A DNA stretch of 64,000 nt from Tubulanus polymorphus (Eukaryota > Animalia > Nemertea), in NCBI RefSeq assembly GCF_964204645.1, contig NC_134025.1, forward strand, positions 15,624,001-15,688,000, in the 5' to 3' direction. A program made the translations under genes and the position numbers. Each line of letters starts with the position of its first letter. Position 1 is the stretch's first letter. The notes beneath the pieces are model-generated. The model was given only the letters and a program-made list of their open reading frames with translations, made no database searches and was not told the origin of the DNA. Shown here piece by piece: positions 1-13,177 of the stretch.

Positions 1-2
1 AC

Positions 3-332
3 ACTCCAACTGACACTCAAATTTCGGCAGACGATAACAAAGATAGACCGGTTATTACTGAGACTTTCAATGAATCAGATATTAAGAAAATTCTACAGTA
101 CAAACTAGAAAACGGTTTATGTAAATATGGCGTAAAATGGAAGTCAGATTTAAATCGTGAAAATTCTTGGGAATTAGGAAAATGGATCCCAAATAAACTC
201 ATTCGACACTTTCACGAAAACTATGCGGCATCAGGCAAAAAACGTAAAAAACCATGCAAAAGTAAGTTTTTTGATCGCATTACAGACAATGGTGATAATT
301 ACCAGGGAAATCAAAAAGATCGAAATGATTAG
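3..332 (+). pseudogene. Integrase C-terminal chromodomain of Gypsy pol (partial)
   Basis: Frame 3 reads IKKILQYKLENGLCKYGVKWKSDLNRENSWELGKWIPNKLIRHFH...GKKRKK, a chromodomain pattern; not in the ORF track because it has no start codon. Confidence 0.7.
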
Positions 333-460
333 GAGAATGAGGCAGTAAATAATATAATCACAAATAGAGATAGACGTTGGGTTAGTGAAGTAGAGATACG
401 TGAAAAACCTAGGAGAAAATTAAATGGAACCGTAATACAGGGTGTATATGTAACTAGTAA

Positions 461-1075
461 TCGCTAGAGGAATTTGATAATCAGATATCTAATGAAGACT
501 CATCAAATAATAAGAATGTAAATAGTGTATATTGTTCAGCTCGATCGAAAATTCACCAAGATCATACAATTGAGGAACATGTTAAGACTAGTTCAGATTC
601 AAGTAGTATCGCTATCAAAGAGGCTATTCGGTCGGGTAATCATCAAGCATTATGTGCATGCGCTACGGGAAAAACGGTTGTTGCTACCAAATTTCAAAAT
701 AATGTGCTATTCGTCAAATATTACCATGACAGTCCATGGTACCGGGCATCAAAACGAGATTGGTTTGAAGTAAGTGATTACGGAGAAAGTCTTGAACATG
801 TATGGGGTATAGGCCTATAGGCCTATCATGTATGGGGTATGTATCATGTCATCTTGGAAAATGAAAGGCAGGCCTCCCACCGAAACCGAGCTCGAGCCGT
901 ATCAACACGTTTCAACGACCAGGGAGTCTTAGAATACTATGTTTTATTTGGGCGGTTTGTTCCCCCTGCATGGCTGCCTTGGTATGAAACACCTCCTGGC
1001 ACACAAAGTCACTACGCTTCTCGTTTAAAACCAATTTCTTCGAAACTCAGTAGTAGTTACAGTAGGTTTTCTTAA
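461..1075 (+). pseudogene. Degenerate pol extension / extra ORF with chromo-like repeats
   Basis: Open frame from 461 to 1075 except for a 30-bp insertion (811-840) carrying a stop; contains AVSTRFNDQGVLEYYVLF...AWLPW. Confidence 0.4.
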
Positions 1076-1958
1076 GCTTTCCGGATATCATATGGATATC
1101 AGCGATGAATTGATTAGCTTAGGCCCTATGACTCGTACGTATATTTTCAGTTTATTTACGCCCTGAACAGTTCGAAGATCAGAACACGTCAATAGTATAG
1201 TTCATTCATTCAATTAATATATAGGGCCTATTAGTCATTTAAAGTAGAGTGCATGAAATCTTTCGTAGAACGCACGCAAATAACCTAATTTTATATCTAA
1301 TCCGAGACAAATCTGAGAGGAGTGTACAGTACGGTATGAATTTATCCATGGTATAATATAACGTGGATTAATTGAGACTGTGATGATATGTGTTAATACA
1401 GTATGCTGATGGTGTTATCTTTACTCAATTACTATGGTTATTCTTTATTTACTTCTGACCACTTTTTGGATGATGATCAGTTTTTTTTTCTTTTGGTTGA
1501 CAAGGGTAACTGTATTTGTGTTGTGTTATTGTGTACACTGCTCTGATGTCAGATGTTGCACGTTACTATCATTGTATCACAAAATTCAGTCACAAAGCTA
1601 TTTCCAGTCAGTAATCGAAAGATCTTGGAAACAGAGAAATGCGTACTACTTGCTATCACCAACTGGACATCAGGACGCTATAACTACACAACACATCGCT
1701 AGTTTTGTTCGTCACAGAATCAACCAGAATTCGGGGATCCTCTGCGGATCATTCAAAATTACAGTTAACATATCGTCAACATGTGACTCTTTCGTGAATG
1801 ACTGAGAATCCAGCCATTACTGTCCAGCGTTTGCACATTTTCGCACGGTGAATCTCAGACTTTCATGTTTTCGCGGCGGAAGGAGTTTTGATGAGCTTTC
1901 AGCATCTATGTTTTCTGCAAAACGAGGAGGACACAATTTAATTGGACAAGGGGGCATC

Positions 1959-2471
1959 TGTCACCCTGTTATAAGTTGCATATTCTATAATCATATATAT
2001 CTACAATTTCATATCGAATGGTACATAATATTTCATATCTCTTACTTTATGAAATGCTTAATAATAATAATTATAGTATTAATAATGTAATATAACTCAT
2101 GAATATAGTATCAATGTGTGCTTTATCGTAATCAACATGTCAGACTACTCAATATGTATACAAAGTAATTAGCTCTAGTCAGTGCTCATCATTAATCAAT
2201 TTACGTCTCTCAAACATGTCACTAGGTGTTAGTTTGTGAGTCCTGATGTCTACAACTTGTCTGACACCTAGCTCTCGCATTATACTCATGATTCTGTAGC
2301 CTATATAAAGACTATGTAAAGTTATGATAATCTTTCTCATTCCGGGATGCAATAAAGATTGTACATATAAGGTTCAACTGCCTTGTTGTTCCTGATGGAT
2401 GGAATCCTGTACCGCTGGTGTAAATGCTAGTTCCCCAACCAGCCTACCGATACAACAACCAGCCGGTTACA
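1959..2471 (+). repeat. 3' LTR (513 bp)
   Basis: Starts TGTCACC just after the PPT and ends GGTTACA; TATATAAA at ~2302, AATAAA at 2351. Confidence 0.75.
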
Positions 2472-2984
2472 GATAGTTGGCGGACTGGCTGATGTCGAGA
2501 CAAAGGATAATGAAAACCATATCGTATAGATAAAATGACATTGAAATTCAAACAAAACACATCCAAATGAAAATGTCGAAAATAGCTAAATGAAATTGAC
2601 ATCAATCAGCCGAGAGGTGCGCTCATATCACTTAAAACACTAAATTGAATTGAATACATTTTGGCCTATACGGCTTCCCATAGTCACCCTACTAGGAGCG
2701 CCACTGCATATGTACTTTGAACTAAAATGGTTGGCAGCCGCTCGAAATAAACTCTCATTTCGTGAAACAATAGGATATTTCTCAGGCCTACGGCTAAGTC
2801 TAGGGCACCCTTAGAAAAATAATAACACACTGATTTTTATAATTTGCTTGATACTTACCTGAAATGATCTTTAAGTCATAGGTGAAGATTTAATCGTCTT
2901 TTATAAAGTGATTGTTAAGCGCCATCTAGTGGACATTGGCAACCCCGAGCAAAATGGAGATAGAGATAACAAAATTCTCTATTG

Positions 2985-3516
2985 GCTGATCAAAAATACC
3001 TGTCTCAGGTATAAAACATCCCTTTCCTTACAATACCCATCAGGAATTGCAATGAGGAATGGCAAACCAGTAGGAAGCAATAGGACTCAGAATTCGGGCC
3101 AAAATTGACATTGGGCACTAGAAAGGTCATAGGATGGCCATCTTGAATGCGATCGACCCATTTTTTCTTAAGCTGATGGGCCCTTGAGTTGAATGGTTCA
3201 AAGATATTTGAACGATCAAGGTAATCTATCAAAGCGGCTTCAAAATTTTCCTCGAAAACTTCAAAAATGTATAAAGTCATTTTGGCAAACAACAATGGCA
3301 GCCAGTCGGCCATCTTGAATCTGACCGGGCCAGTTTCTGGGCTGAAGATGTGTCCAGGGTAGATACATGTATAAACCAAACACCAAGACATTACCTTGAA
3401 ATGTCTTCAAAACATCCCAAAATAACTGGATTCCGTCTATGGACGGAAGGACGAACGGACGACGGAAGAAAAGTGAACGCAATAGCACGCTGGGACTTAA
3501 GTCCCAAGTGGGCTAA
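2985..3516 (-). mobile_element. Partial non-autonomous Helentron-type (HINE/DINE-like) element
   Basis: Highly similar to 10430-10945; GACG/GTCC microsatellite and terminal hairpin/sub-TIR ...CCCAAGTGGGCTAA. Confidence 0.65.
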
Positions 3517-3528
3517 CAAAAGCGGTAC

Positions 3529-3576
3529 TAAACGTTGTCCTAGACGTTGCCCTAGACGTTGCCCTAGACGTTGTTT
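3529..3576. repeat. 12-bp tandem repeat (CTAGACGTTGCC) x~4
   Basis: Directly visible. Confidence 0.8.
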
Positions 3577-4189
3577 CAGGAACAACGGCTAATGTCTATT
3601 TCAACCTGACTTGACAGCATTCCGGGTGGCCTAGCTCGCTCATATTTGGTAGTACATACCTGATAAGGCATATTTCATTTTAGTGTGTGCCACCCGTTAC
3701 CTATGAGATAAAAGTTTTCAATCTCTTTATTGCGTTAAATTTATTGGTGTATGCTAAAGATCTATTAATCCTCTTTTGATTAAAACATGATTCATGATAA
3801 GTTACGGCTGTTGTCACATAAAATTATTTATTTTAGTTTGACGGTAGTAGAGTCCAATTTTCTGGCGTATGATCTTTGACCGGGCTTCTCTCTGTAAATG
3901 TACCTCACACAATAAAATTTTTCACTGCATATGGAAAGAATAATCATATACTACGTGAAAATAATATTCGTTTTCGATGCGCCATTGCCTGAAAACGGCA
4001 GCAGATGACTAAAGTAACGAACCTCAGGTGACGGATTTTCAACCAAAAATAGTTGAAAAAAAATCATATTTACCAGTATAGCAGCGGGTTATCAGTTATT
4101 TCTAGAGAATTGGAGAGGGCTTTTCATTTTAAGAATATCCATGTGTAATTATCCTAATGATCACAGTCATAAGAGCCCAATCTTGAAAC

Positions 4190-7100
4190 GTGTTCCTACG
4201 CTACGTGTGACGGATTTGTAGCGTTTTCACATGAACGGTTGCAGTAGCGTACACGCAAACCTTCTCCTCCTATTTTACATGAATGGGCTTCTCTACGCAG
4301 CTATGTATAGATCAGGATTTTCCATTCTATTAATAGGACATAATTCAGCGTTCGTATATACACGTGTAGTCGACAGGTGTGCTGTCATTTAGCAGCAAAG
4401 CGTGGCTGGCTGTAGCGTAAGCACAGGCAGCAATCAGAAGTCAAGATTAATCTTAATCATATAACAATATTAACTTTTATTCGCATGAATTAACAATTAA
4501 CATTCTAACGGAACACAGGTATGTTTTAAGTATTGTTTGAATAATAAATCTTCCTCAATTTAAATTTGATTTGCGCATAATTCTCGTTTGGTTTCATTTT
4601 TAGAGATCAAGTTGTGCCTTTAATTCAATTTCGATGCCTTTACATTGTTTGTATTCGACACCTGCTTGTTTCAAATCTGCTTCGCTGAAAGTGAATGGGC
4701 CATGGCCCATTATGTCGAGAGGACCAAAAAACAGCCGCCGTCTGTCGACACTATCGACGTCTGGACGCTTAGGCCAGTCGAAGCTCGTAGCACCGGTTTT
4801 ATGAAGGAATTTCAGTTTCGCTTTGGTGTCTTGAACTTCTAATATCCTGCCGATGTAGAATGTTTTCTCGTAGAAAACAGCGTGGTATTCGCCATCATTG
4901 ATCGCAGGTAGCGGAATCAACTCGCTTTCAGGATCGCTTTCGGGATCGTCCACCTTATGTATTCTATGGTATATATTGAGACATTATAAATGAGAAATAA
5001 CTTATATCAGCTTGTAAATATCTTGTAAAAGTAAATAAAATAACTTGTATTAAATTGTAAATAAAATAACTTGTGTAAAATTGTAAATAATATAACATGT
5101 GTAAAATTGTTAATAAAGTAACTTGTAAATAAAATTGTAGGCCTAAATAAAATTAACAAACTACCGGTATTCATCCCAATGAACTATTTTGAAATAAAGA
5201 CCAACCTGAAATTCTGTTACTAAGGGTACGGTGGATCGAAGTTTACGCTTGTTGTATAATCCAGTGTATACTACATTTTGGCAAATAGACATAGGTTTCC
5301 GTGGATCAGATGGGGCACTAATGCAAACACGACAGAAACAACTAAACTTTTTGACTTCAATATTCGCACTTATACCGCATTTTCTAAAAGCATGAAGGTG
5401 CCTGCTGCCATTTACTGTTTGCACTGAGTTTACAAATGGCTCATCGCGGTTTATCTCGTTAATCGATGTATAAATGTAAGACCGTTTGGTCAAGGGTTCA
5501 TCCAGAAGCAGATTTTTGCTACAAAATTCGAACATATCTGAACCATTCTTGATAATGAACTTTCCGGATGCTATGGCCCGGTCGACTGCTCGATTTATAA
5601 TTCCAATTTCGCCATCCCCTTGACCTTTGCCGTCATCCGAGCCGTAGTAATGTCTTTCAATTGGGATATGTGTTTTAGCAAGGTAACCAAAACAGCCTTT
5701 GCCTTTGTACTGTGAGGAGCAACCGTCCGAAAAGATTATTACTTTTTCAAATTCATTTCCAGTATTTTCAAGAAGCGAGTCGTAAGCTTTCTGAAAATAG
5801 TGTTCTACTGCGTGGAAGTCGTGGTTTATGTCATCCGATATGATGATAAATGCATGTCGCACGGCGGTTTCGGAATTCGGTAATTTATAGTATGCAACAC
5901 ATGGGTGTAATGTAACTTGTCTTTTTCCGAAATACGCGCCTTTGATTTCGTTTTGATAACTAATTTCTCTATTCTTTGCGAAATCTACGATAAACAATGC
6001 CTAATTATCAGGTAAATTTTCGCGTAGGTTTCGATATTGATAAGATTGCCAGCGAGCAGTAAAGGCATGTCGTACAAATGTAACACCACCGCTATTCTGA
6101 AGATCAATTTCAAATTCAGACAAGATCTCGGCTAATATGCCACGCTTTGTAATTAGAGAATATTTTAATCTGCCATTAGAATCCTCGTGTTTTTCCCAGT
6201 GATTCCACGTTATTATCTCGTCAGTTGATATATTGCTATACAAGGCACGGATAGTGTCACCGTGGTCCTTGCATATGTCATATTCAGACAGGCTACACCA
6301 GCGGTTGTAAAAACGACTGGCATCTTATTTAGGACATAAAAGTATGTCGATTAATGAGCCGACGTTCGAAACTTTAATTGAGCTATGAAGCGATAATGAA
6401 CTGATTTTGAATTTAACATTTTCGCAATACACACAGGTACATACTTCTCTTGTAGATGAGAGAAGACAAACGTTTCTGGGCCGCAACAGAGTGAACTTTG
6501 TAAACCCGATTCGTATCTGAGGGTTTTCTTTCTGAAATATACCATATGCTGCTTTTAGAGAGCATGTCATAAGTTAGCCTGGCCCGTGTTTGTTGGCGAA
6601 CCTTTTCTCCGGACGTATAGAGGATATATCCTCCCCATGTATAAAGCACAAATTGTGTTTATTTGGGCCAAGTTAAGTTTAGAGCGCCGTGGTTTTCGAG
6701 TGAGGCCCACTTTTTGGGCTTTGGTAATAGTTTGACGATTGAGCCCAGTTTCTTTACTGAGACGTCTGATACTAACTCTCTTTCTATTCTCGATAAACTG
6801 CAATGCAACTGATTTAACTACGTGTTTATTGCAGTTTTTCACGTCATTGGGAAATTGATCGGATTTTGATGGAAGTGTGGATGAATTTGATTTTTCAAAC
6901 AATTTTTTCACAATAACAGCATATTTTCATATTTTCGGGGAGATTTGGGCATAGCTTTATTGGCTTTGTGTGTTGCATTGTAGAGTGATTGCTTTGAATT
7001 ATATGGGCCGATCTCGTCACCACCCGTGCTACATGCATTTTTTGTCTGGGAATTGCGCTCAGTGGCCGCTCTTTTTCTTCGCCGGTCATACTCTCTTACG

Positions 7101-8290
7101 CGTCGACGTTTTTGCCCTGACCAGTTGGCTCTTTCTTTACGCTTTCGTTCTCGCCATGCGGCACGTTCGTCAACCACCTGGCCTCTCGTCTTAGGCGTTA
7201 ACTTAATACGAAGTCCACCACCAGTTTCTTAAACTGAAGAGCTTAAGCTTTTTTCTTCCTCTTTCCATTTTGCCCGAAGACGATGATTGCTATTGCGTGT
7301 TTGTATTTTAATGTGTTCCCGTTTTTTAAGCGATTCTTCTTTACACTCTACCTTAAGCTTCAGCCTTCGTTCTCGTGCTGCAATTCGTTGGCGAATTTTA
7401 TACTCTTCGTATTTTTCGGGATCATTTCGTTTTAGATTTTGTCGGTACAATGCTGTCCTTGAAGTCATCTGGAAGAACCAGGAATATATTGCCAACTGAT
7501 GACAGATGACGTTAAAATCAGTTTAGGCCAAACTCTACTAATTATATAATTTGTGGTGAAAATATCAAATACGTCTGTCTGATCGAGTGATAAATTCGCT
7601 TTAGTTAGTTTTAAATTGAGTTTAGTGGGCTTATTAGATTGAAATCGTCTAGCCTAAATAGCGTAGTCACAAATTATCAGTCACAAAAATAGCGTCCGCA
7701 CAGAGACGGCTGTCACGCGTGTAGCGTTGTTTACAAATCAATCAATAATCCCCACCCTGTGGGCAACCGTAGTTGACCTTGGTGCTATCGCCATGTTTTT
7801 TATCAACTGGGGGGTAAAAGTTTGCAAAAGATCAAAGTTTATTTACGATTTGAAGTATTTTTGGCATAAGAAAAACAATTCAATGATTTCCTACGCTACT
7901 TGTTAACTACGCTATCATGCGTGGTGTAATATTGCAAATCTCATTATAACAAAAACGTGAACTTACTACTGCAGTTTCCAATTACTCTTGCGCGCCCATC
8001 GTATACAAGATTAAAAAAAGTGCGATATGACGTCATCAACTCCATATATGGACCTACGCAGGCTGGTTGCGTACGCTACCCATGCGTGATGGAAAAAAAT
8101 ATCGTAGCGTTCGCTCTCACTGATTTATTGATTTTTGTGTCTGACTAGCCACATCGGGTTCAATCTTTGACTCTAGTTACATATCACTGAACAATTTACT
8201 GATTTAACAGTATTTGCTTCGGCAATATTGTATATATTTGTGCTAAATGTGTACATTTAATGAAGATGATTCTGTGACGGTGTAGCGTGC
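4190..8290 (-). mobile_element. Decayed Sola-like DNA transposon (true termini not identified)
   Basis: Transposase pseudogene flanked on both sides by clustered GTAGCGT/ACGCTAC motifs (4196-4420 and 7658-8290), typical of subterminal transposase-binding repeats. Confidence 0.55.
4600..7495 (-). pseudogene. Sola-like (probably Sola2-group) DDD transposase, fragmented, with an intron and a C-terminal Tudor-like exon
   Basis: Motifs DFAKN, QVTLHP, SDDINHD, FSDGCSSQYK, DGKGQGDG; CxCxxC and CxCxxC-type zinc motifs; basic N-terminus; intron ~4954-5205; last exon YHAVFYEKTFYIGRILEV...FDWPKRPD; several stops and frameshifts. Confidence 0.7.
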
Positions 8291-8844
8291 GCACTTCTTG
8301 GTGAACTTCTGTTGTTATTTTTATGGGGAATATACCAGTTTTTAGTTGATGATACACCATAAATTGATCATGCACAATGTCAGCTATTATACCAGAGTTG
8401 AATGAGATAATGTGTGGACACATATTTCGATGAACTGTGATGATGACACCATTCGTTTTGAATAGGTAGAAAATTCCGTCACGATGTATCGTCCGCACAC
8501 AATTAAATAATCAAATTTATCAACAAAACGATCTCAAATCGGCCTCATATTATAATATTTGTTAGAATAACTCATTATAAAGCAAAACATGCGCAAACAC
8601 TGTGTTTGGATACATTATTGTTCTTGTATTATGCAAAAGGCTTCCGGGGACGGAATGGTACACACCAAAATGAAATCTGTCATAAAGGTCTTAGTAGGAC
8701 CAGAAAGTACTGGCAGTCGACCTAAATCATCATTTTTAATCCATTTGAAACTGTATTGAAGGATATCCAAAGTCTTTATTGCAAGGGGTTCATGAGAGAA
8801 AAGAGACTCCATGATTTGAAAGTTTAACAATATGTCTCCATGTC

Positions 8845-11187
8845 TAGGTACGTGGCTAAACAATGTACGCGCTGTGCGCTGATCTGGTGTGACGCGGTTT
8901 CAGGACTTCCGCGGGGCACCTGTTAGCAAAATCGCTCTGATTGGCCAGTTAAGGGATTCCCAGCGATGTCATCACGTCTATGACATCATAAACATCCGGG
9001 TCTTTCTTCTTGTCAAATTTTCAAGATCGGTGGAGTGGTTGTGATTTGGTGATATTCCGGATTTTCAATGCTTTTTCAATGCCGGAGTCTGTCCAAAGGT
9101 AGGTCTGTTCAGTTTTAAAACTTATAAATGTATTAAATATATTATGTTTGCTGAATAAATATGAAGTTTGAAGTGTGTAAGATCATCAGAACTGTGTCAA
9201 ATAATTTCCGGAAAATTTTGTGTTGCGACGATTGGGGATGCCATCTTGGATTTTTACAACAAATTTGTCGTCGGTTTTCTCACAAAGTTAACGGCTATTC
9301 ATCGTTCCTGCTTCGGTTTTATGGTGTCAAATTATTTAATACAATGCTTTCACATTATATGTCGTGTTGTTTAGGGTATTTTGGGTAGGGTGAGGGAGAA
9401 ATTTGGGTTTCTGTTTTGTTTACAGTTTCTATTAAGACGGTCACGTGACCTGCATCCAGTCTGCTCATTGGCCAACTGGGTTTGACTGGTAAACAAACGC
9501 ACATGTTTTTTTACAGAATGTAATGTACAATGTATTTAGACCCATTTTAAACTAATTTTTTGCACTTTTTTTTTCAGTATGATATGGCTGATGACAGCAC
9601 AAGCAAGGAGCTTACCAAAAAGGGTGTTGGAAGACATTTTTTGGACACGTCATATGGAGAAATAGGCCTACTACAGAGTACTGCATCAATAAACTAGGGG
9701 TCCAGGGACACCATGCCCACTTGGGAAGTGGTTTCAAATGCTCAACAATCTAACCATTTCAATATTCAACGCCCCCTGGTGACCATATACAAAACCAATG
9801 ACCTTGAAACTAACCACAATCATAGAACATGTACGCAGCTACGATTTTGTAATTTATTGTGATAAAAAAATATGCCTCGTTACCAATTTAATATGGAAAT
9901 ACTAAGTTATTCTACTATTCAACGCCCCCTAGTGACCATATCCAAACCCAATGTCCTTGAAACTCACCACAATCATTGAACATGTCATGAGCTAAAACTT
10001 TGCAATTGGTCATGGTAACAAAATATGCCTAGGTACCAATATAATAAGGAAATACTAAGTTATTCTATTATTCAACGCCCCCTAGTGGCCATATAGAATA
10101 ACTAATGTCCTTGAAACTCACCACAATCATAGACAATGTCATGAGCCACAACTTTGCAATTGATTGTGCTAACAAAATATGCATTGGTACAAATATAATA
10201 TAGAAATACTAAGATATTGTATTATTCAATGCCCCCTGGTGGCAATATACAAAAACCAATGACCTCGAAACTCACCACAATCATAATCACGTTAAAAGCT
10301 ACATCTTTCTAATTCATTGTTGTAACAAAATATGCTTAGATATCAATATAATGTCGAAAAACTTTTTCCCACCTACAAATGAGTACTGATGACACCAAGA
10401 TGGCCACCAATTGCGTCATAATTGGCGGATCAAAAATACATATCCCAGGTATAAAACATCCCTTTCCAAAGAATACCCATCAGCAATTGCAATCAGAAAT
10501 GGTAAACCAGTAGGAAGCTACAGGACTCAGAATTTGGGCCAAAATTAACATTTTTGGGCACTAAAAAGGTCACAGGACGGCCATCTTGAGTCCGATCGAC
10601 CCAATTTTTGTTATGCTGATGGGCCCTGGGGAATTCACATATATCCAAAAGATCAAGGTAATTGATCAAAGCGTCTTCAAAATTTCCCTCAAAAAGTTCA
10701 AAAATGTGTAAAAAGTGCTGATTTTGGCGAACAACAATGGCTGCCAGTCGGCCATCTTGAATCTGACAGGGCCAGTTTTTGGGCTGAAGATGTGTCTAGG
10801 GTAGATACATGTGTAACCTAAATATCAAGACATTACCTTGAAGCGTCTTCAAAACTTCCCAAAATAACTGGATTCTGTCTACGGACGGATGACGGACGAA
10901 AAGTGAACGCAAAAGCCCGCTGGGACTAAAGTCCTAAGTGGGCTAAAAAGTTGGAAAGATTTTTCTATAAATTTAACTTGCAGCGATCACGGCTTATCCT
11001 ATTGTTTTACCTTAATTATTCGTGCCAAAATTGTGCTAATTTTCCGATAGTCAAATAACCATAACTTTTTTATTATTTGAGGTACAGAGGCCATCCTGGT
11101 ATCATTTTGTAGCATTTTTAATGCTCGTTCTAACCATATAAGTGAAATTGTAATATGGGGATGTTGAAAATTTTAGCCACGTACCTA
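8845..11187 (+). mobile_element. Non-autonomous TIR DNA transposon (deletion derivative) with a nested HINE
   Basis: 16-bp TIR TAGGTACGTGGCTAAA / TTTAGCCACGTACCTA; 7-bp flanking direct repeat CCATGTC (8838-8844, 11188-11194); internal promoter-like motifs, splice sites and a short ORF start (MADDSTSK...). Confidence 0.65.
9692..10948 (-). mobile_element. HINE/Helentron-type non-autonomous element with four internal ~153-bp tandem repeats
   Basis: Sub-TIRs GCCCACTTGGG / CCTAAGTGGGC, GTCC microsatellite, 3' hairpin + CTAGT, insertion at a T-run; partial copy at ~29602-29970. Confidence 0.75.
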
Positions 11188-11304
11188 CCATGTCTACCAA
11201 CTGAAGTTTGGTGTGTAGGCATGGAAACATATTGTTAAACTTTCAAATCATGGAATCACTTCTCTTCATTTAACCCCTTTCAGTGAAGTCTTTTTGGATA
11301 TCCT

Positions 11305-12055
11305 GCAAAAACCGTAATGTTTCCAATGTCTCCGTTTTTAACGCATGCGCATTAGGCTTAGTAAGTGTTGGAAAAGTCTAAGTCGAGAAATCAGTACAGT
11401 GCGCAGGCGTCATGACAGTGTTTACATGTTTCAAAACTGGGTCATGTCAATACGGTATTCGCTTGAAATGAACCAGCGTGAACTTTAGCAGCGGGATCGT
11501 GATGTCTAAATAATCTCGTATCATATGCTTGCGTATTATATGTTAATACAATTAAATGAATTGTCCAAATAAATTAACAGTGACATTGGGATCACCATAG
11601 AAAGTGCACCAAAGTTCATAATGGTTACCATTTAGATATCAGCATTTTCGGGATTCGAACGTGATAGCGTCGTATAAAATAAATCAGCGACACTGGAGTC
11701 ATCAAAATTCAAATTGAATTGAAATAAGTTCAGTATTTTTCGGTGCTCGAATCTGGTAGCGCCGCAAAAATAAACGAGTGACACTCGGGTCATCAATGTT
11801 CAAATCGAATTGAAATAAGGTAATTATTTATTGTGGGATTCGAATCTAATTGAAACGGAAACATTGAAGTCATCAAAACACACATTCATTATGCGTACTG
11901 ACATGACCCAGTTTTGAAAGTTCTGACAATGACATGTATTGTAGTGTGCCTGCGCACTCAACCGATTTCTGGACTTAGATTAGAGAATTTCCCCAACACT
12001 CACTATAATGCGCATGCGTTAAAAACAGAGACATTGGAAACATTACGGTTTTTGC
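11305..12055. mobile_element. MITE with ~150-bp imperfect TIRs and internal ~70-bp repeats
   Basis: GCAAAAACCGTAATGTTTCCAATGTCTC... at the left end and its reverse complement at the right end. Confidence 0.8.
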
Positions 12056-12911
12056 TACCCTCAATACAGTTTCAAATGGATTTTAATATTTTTTTTTAAT
12101 ATATACAATGGTTGGATTAGGCATAACAGATTATCGTTTTTACACACAACTCTGATACGAGCCCCTGTGATCCTGGACAGTTGAAGACAACAAAAAACTT
12201 AATGTATGCCAAATCACGAGAATAACAAGTTCCTACTGAACGGAACAGCTAAAAATAGGCCTTAAAGTTAAATTCATACCTAATAGACTCATTAAAACTG
12301 AGAATTGCAGCTATCTTCTACATGCGTTGCTAGTGTAATAATCCTGTGGTGCCTACGCTGCGCTATCTGCAGAATTTGCGCGGCGTAAGTTGACTGGCTG
12401 CCGGTCACTATGTATCTTAGACTGGTTGCCGGTCCCTTACCTTCAGAGACCGGTCATCCTCGCTTGCCAGGGGTCCGGTATCACTCCCGAACTCGCTTCC
12501 ACCAGCCCCCTGGCCTCACGAAGCGTGATTTCATTACTGGCGCTGTTGCGCATGACGTCATATATCGATTTGCGAAATACTTCCTTGTTCGGTAAAACGT
12601 TCGCTGATTGGTCCATTTAACGGGAAAACCAACAGAAGTCTACTGACGGTTTGTTACAAGCGCTGTGATTGGTACGACCGGATTCTGGTCGGCCAGTAAC
12701 GACTCCAACGACTCGTGAGGTCAAGGGGTTCGGCGAACAGCTTTAGCGTAGTAGGTTCGAATCCCTTGACGGGTGAAGATGGAGACTGGTTGATCCTTCT
12801 TCTTCTTCTTCTTCTTCCGATATCTGTCAACATCAACTGGTTGATGAAACACAGTGTATAGGTGTGCGCAAATAAATATATACAGACATTATTAATAAAT
12901 TTAGTATTAAT

Positions 12912-12980
12912 ATGATAATGATAATAATAATAATAATAATAATGATGATGATGATGATAATGATAATGATAATGATAATG

Positions 12981-13039
<59 letters not shown>

Positions 13040-13136
13040 GATAATGATAATGATAATGATAATGATAATGATAATGATAATGATAATGATAATGATAATG
13101 ATAATGATAATGATAATGATAATGATAATGATAATG

Positions 13137-13177
<41 letters not shown>
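12912..13177. repeat. (TGATAA)n/(TAA)n microsatellite, left flank of the Penelope-like element
   Basis: Directly visible. Confidence 0.95.

Larger units (their letters stand above)
1..2471 (+). mobile_element. 3' end of a Gypsy-type (chromodomain) LTR retrotransposon
   Basis: Chromodomain-coding frame at 3-332, polypurine tract GGACAAGGGGGC at ~1944-1955, then a TG...CA LTR. Confidence 0.75.

Noticed and set aside
12700-12780. tRNA gene (GGTTCGAATCC B box)
   Set aside because: No convincing cloverleaf or A box; at most a SINE remnant.
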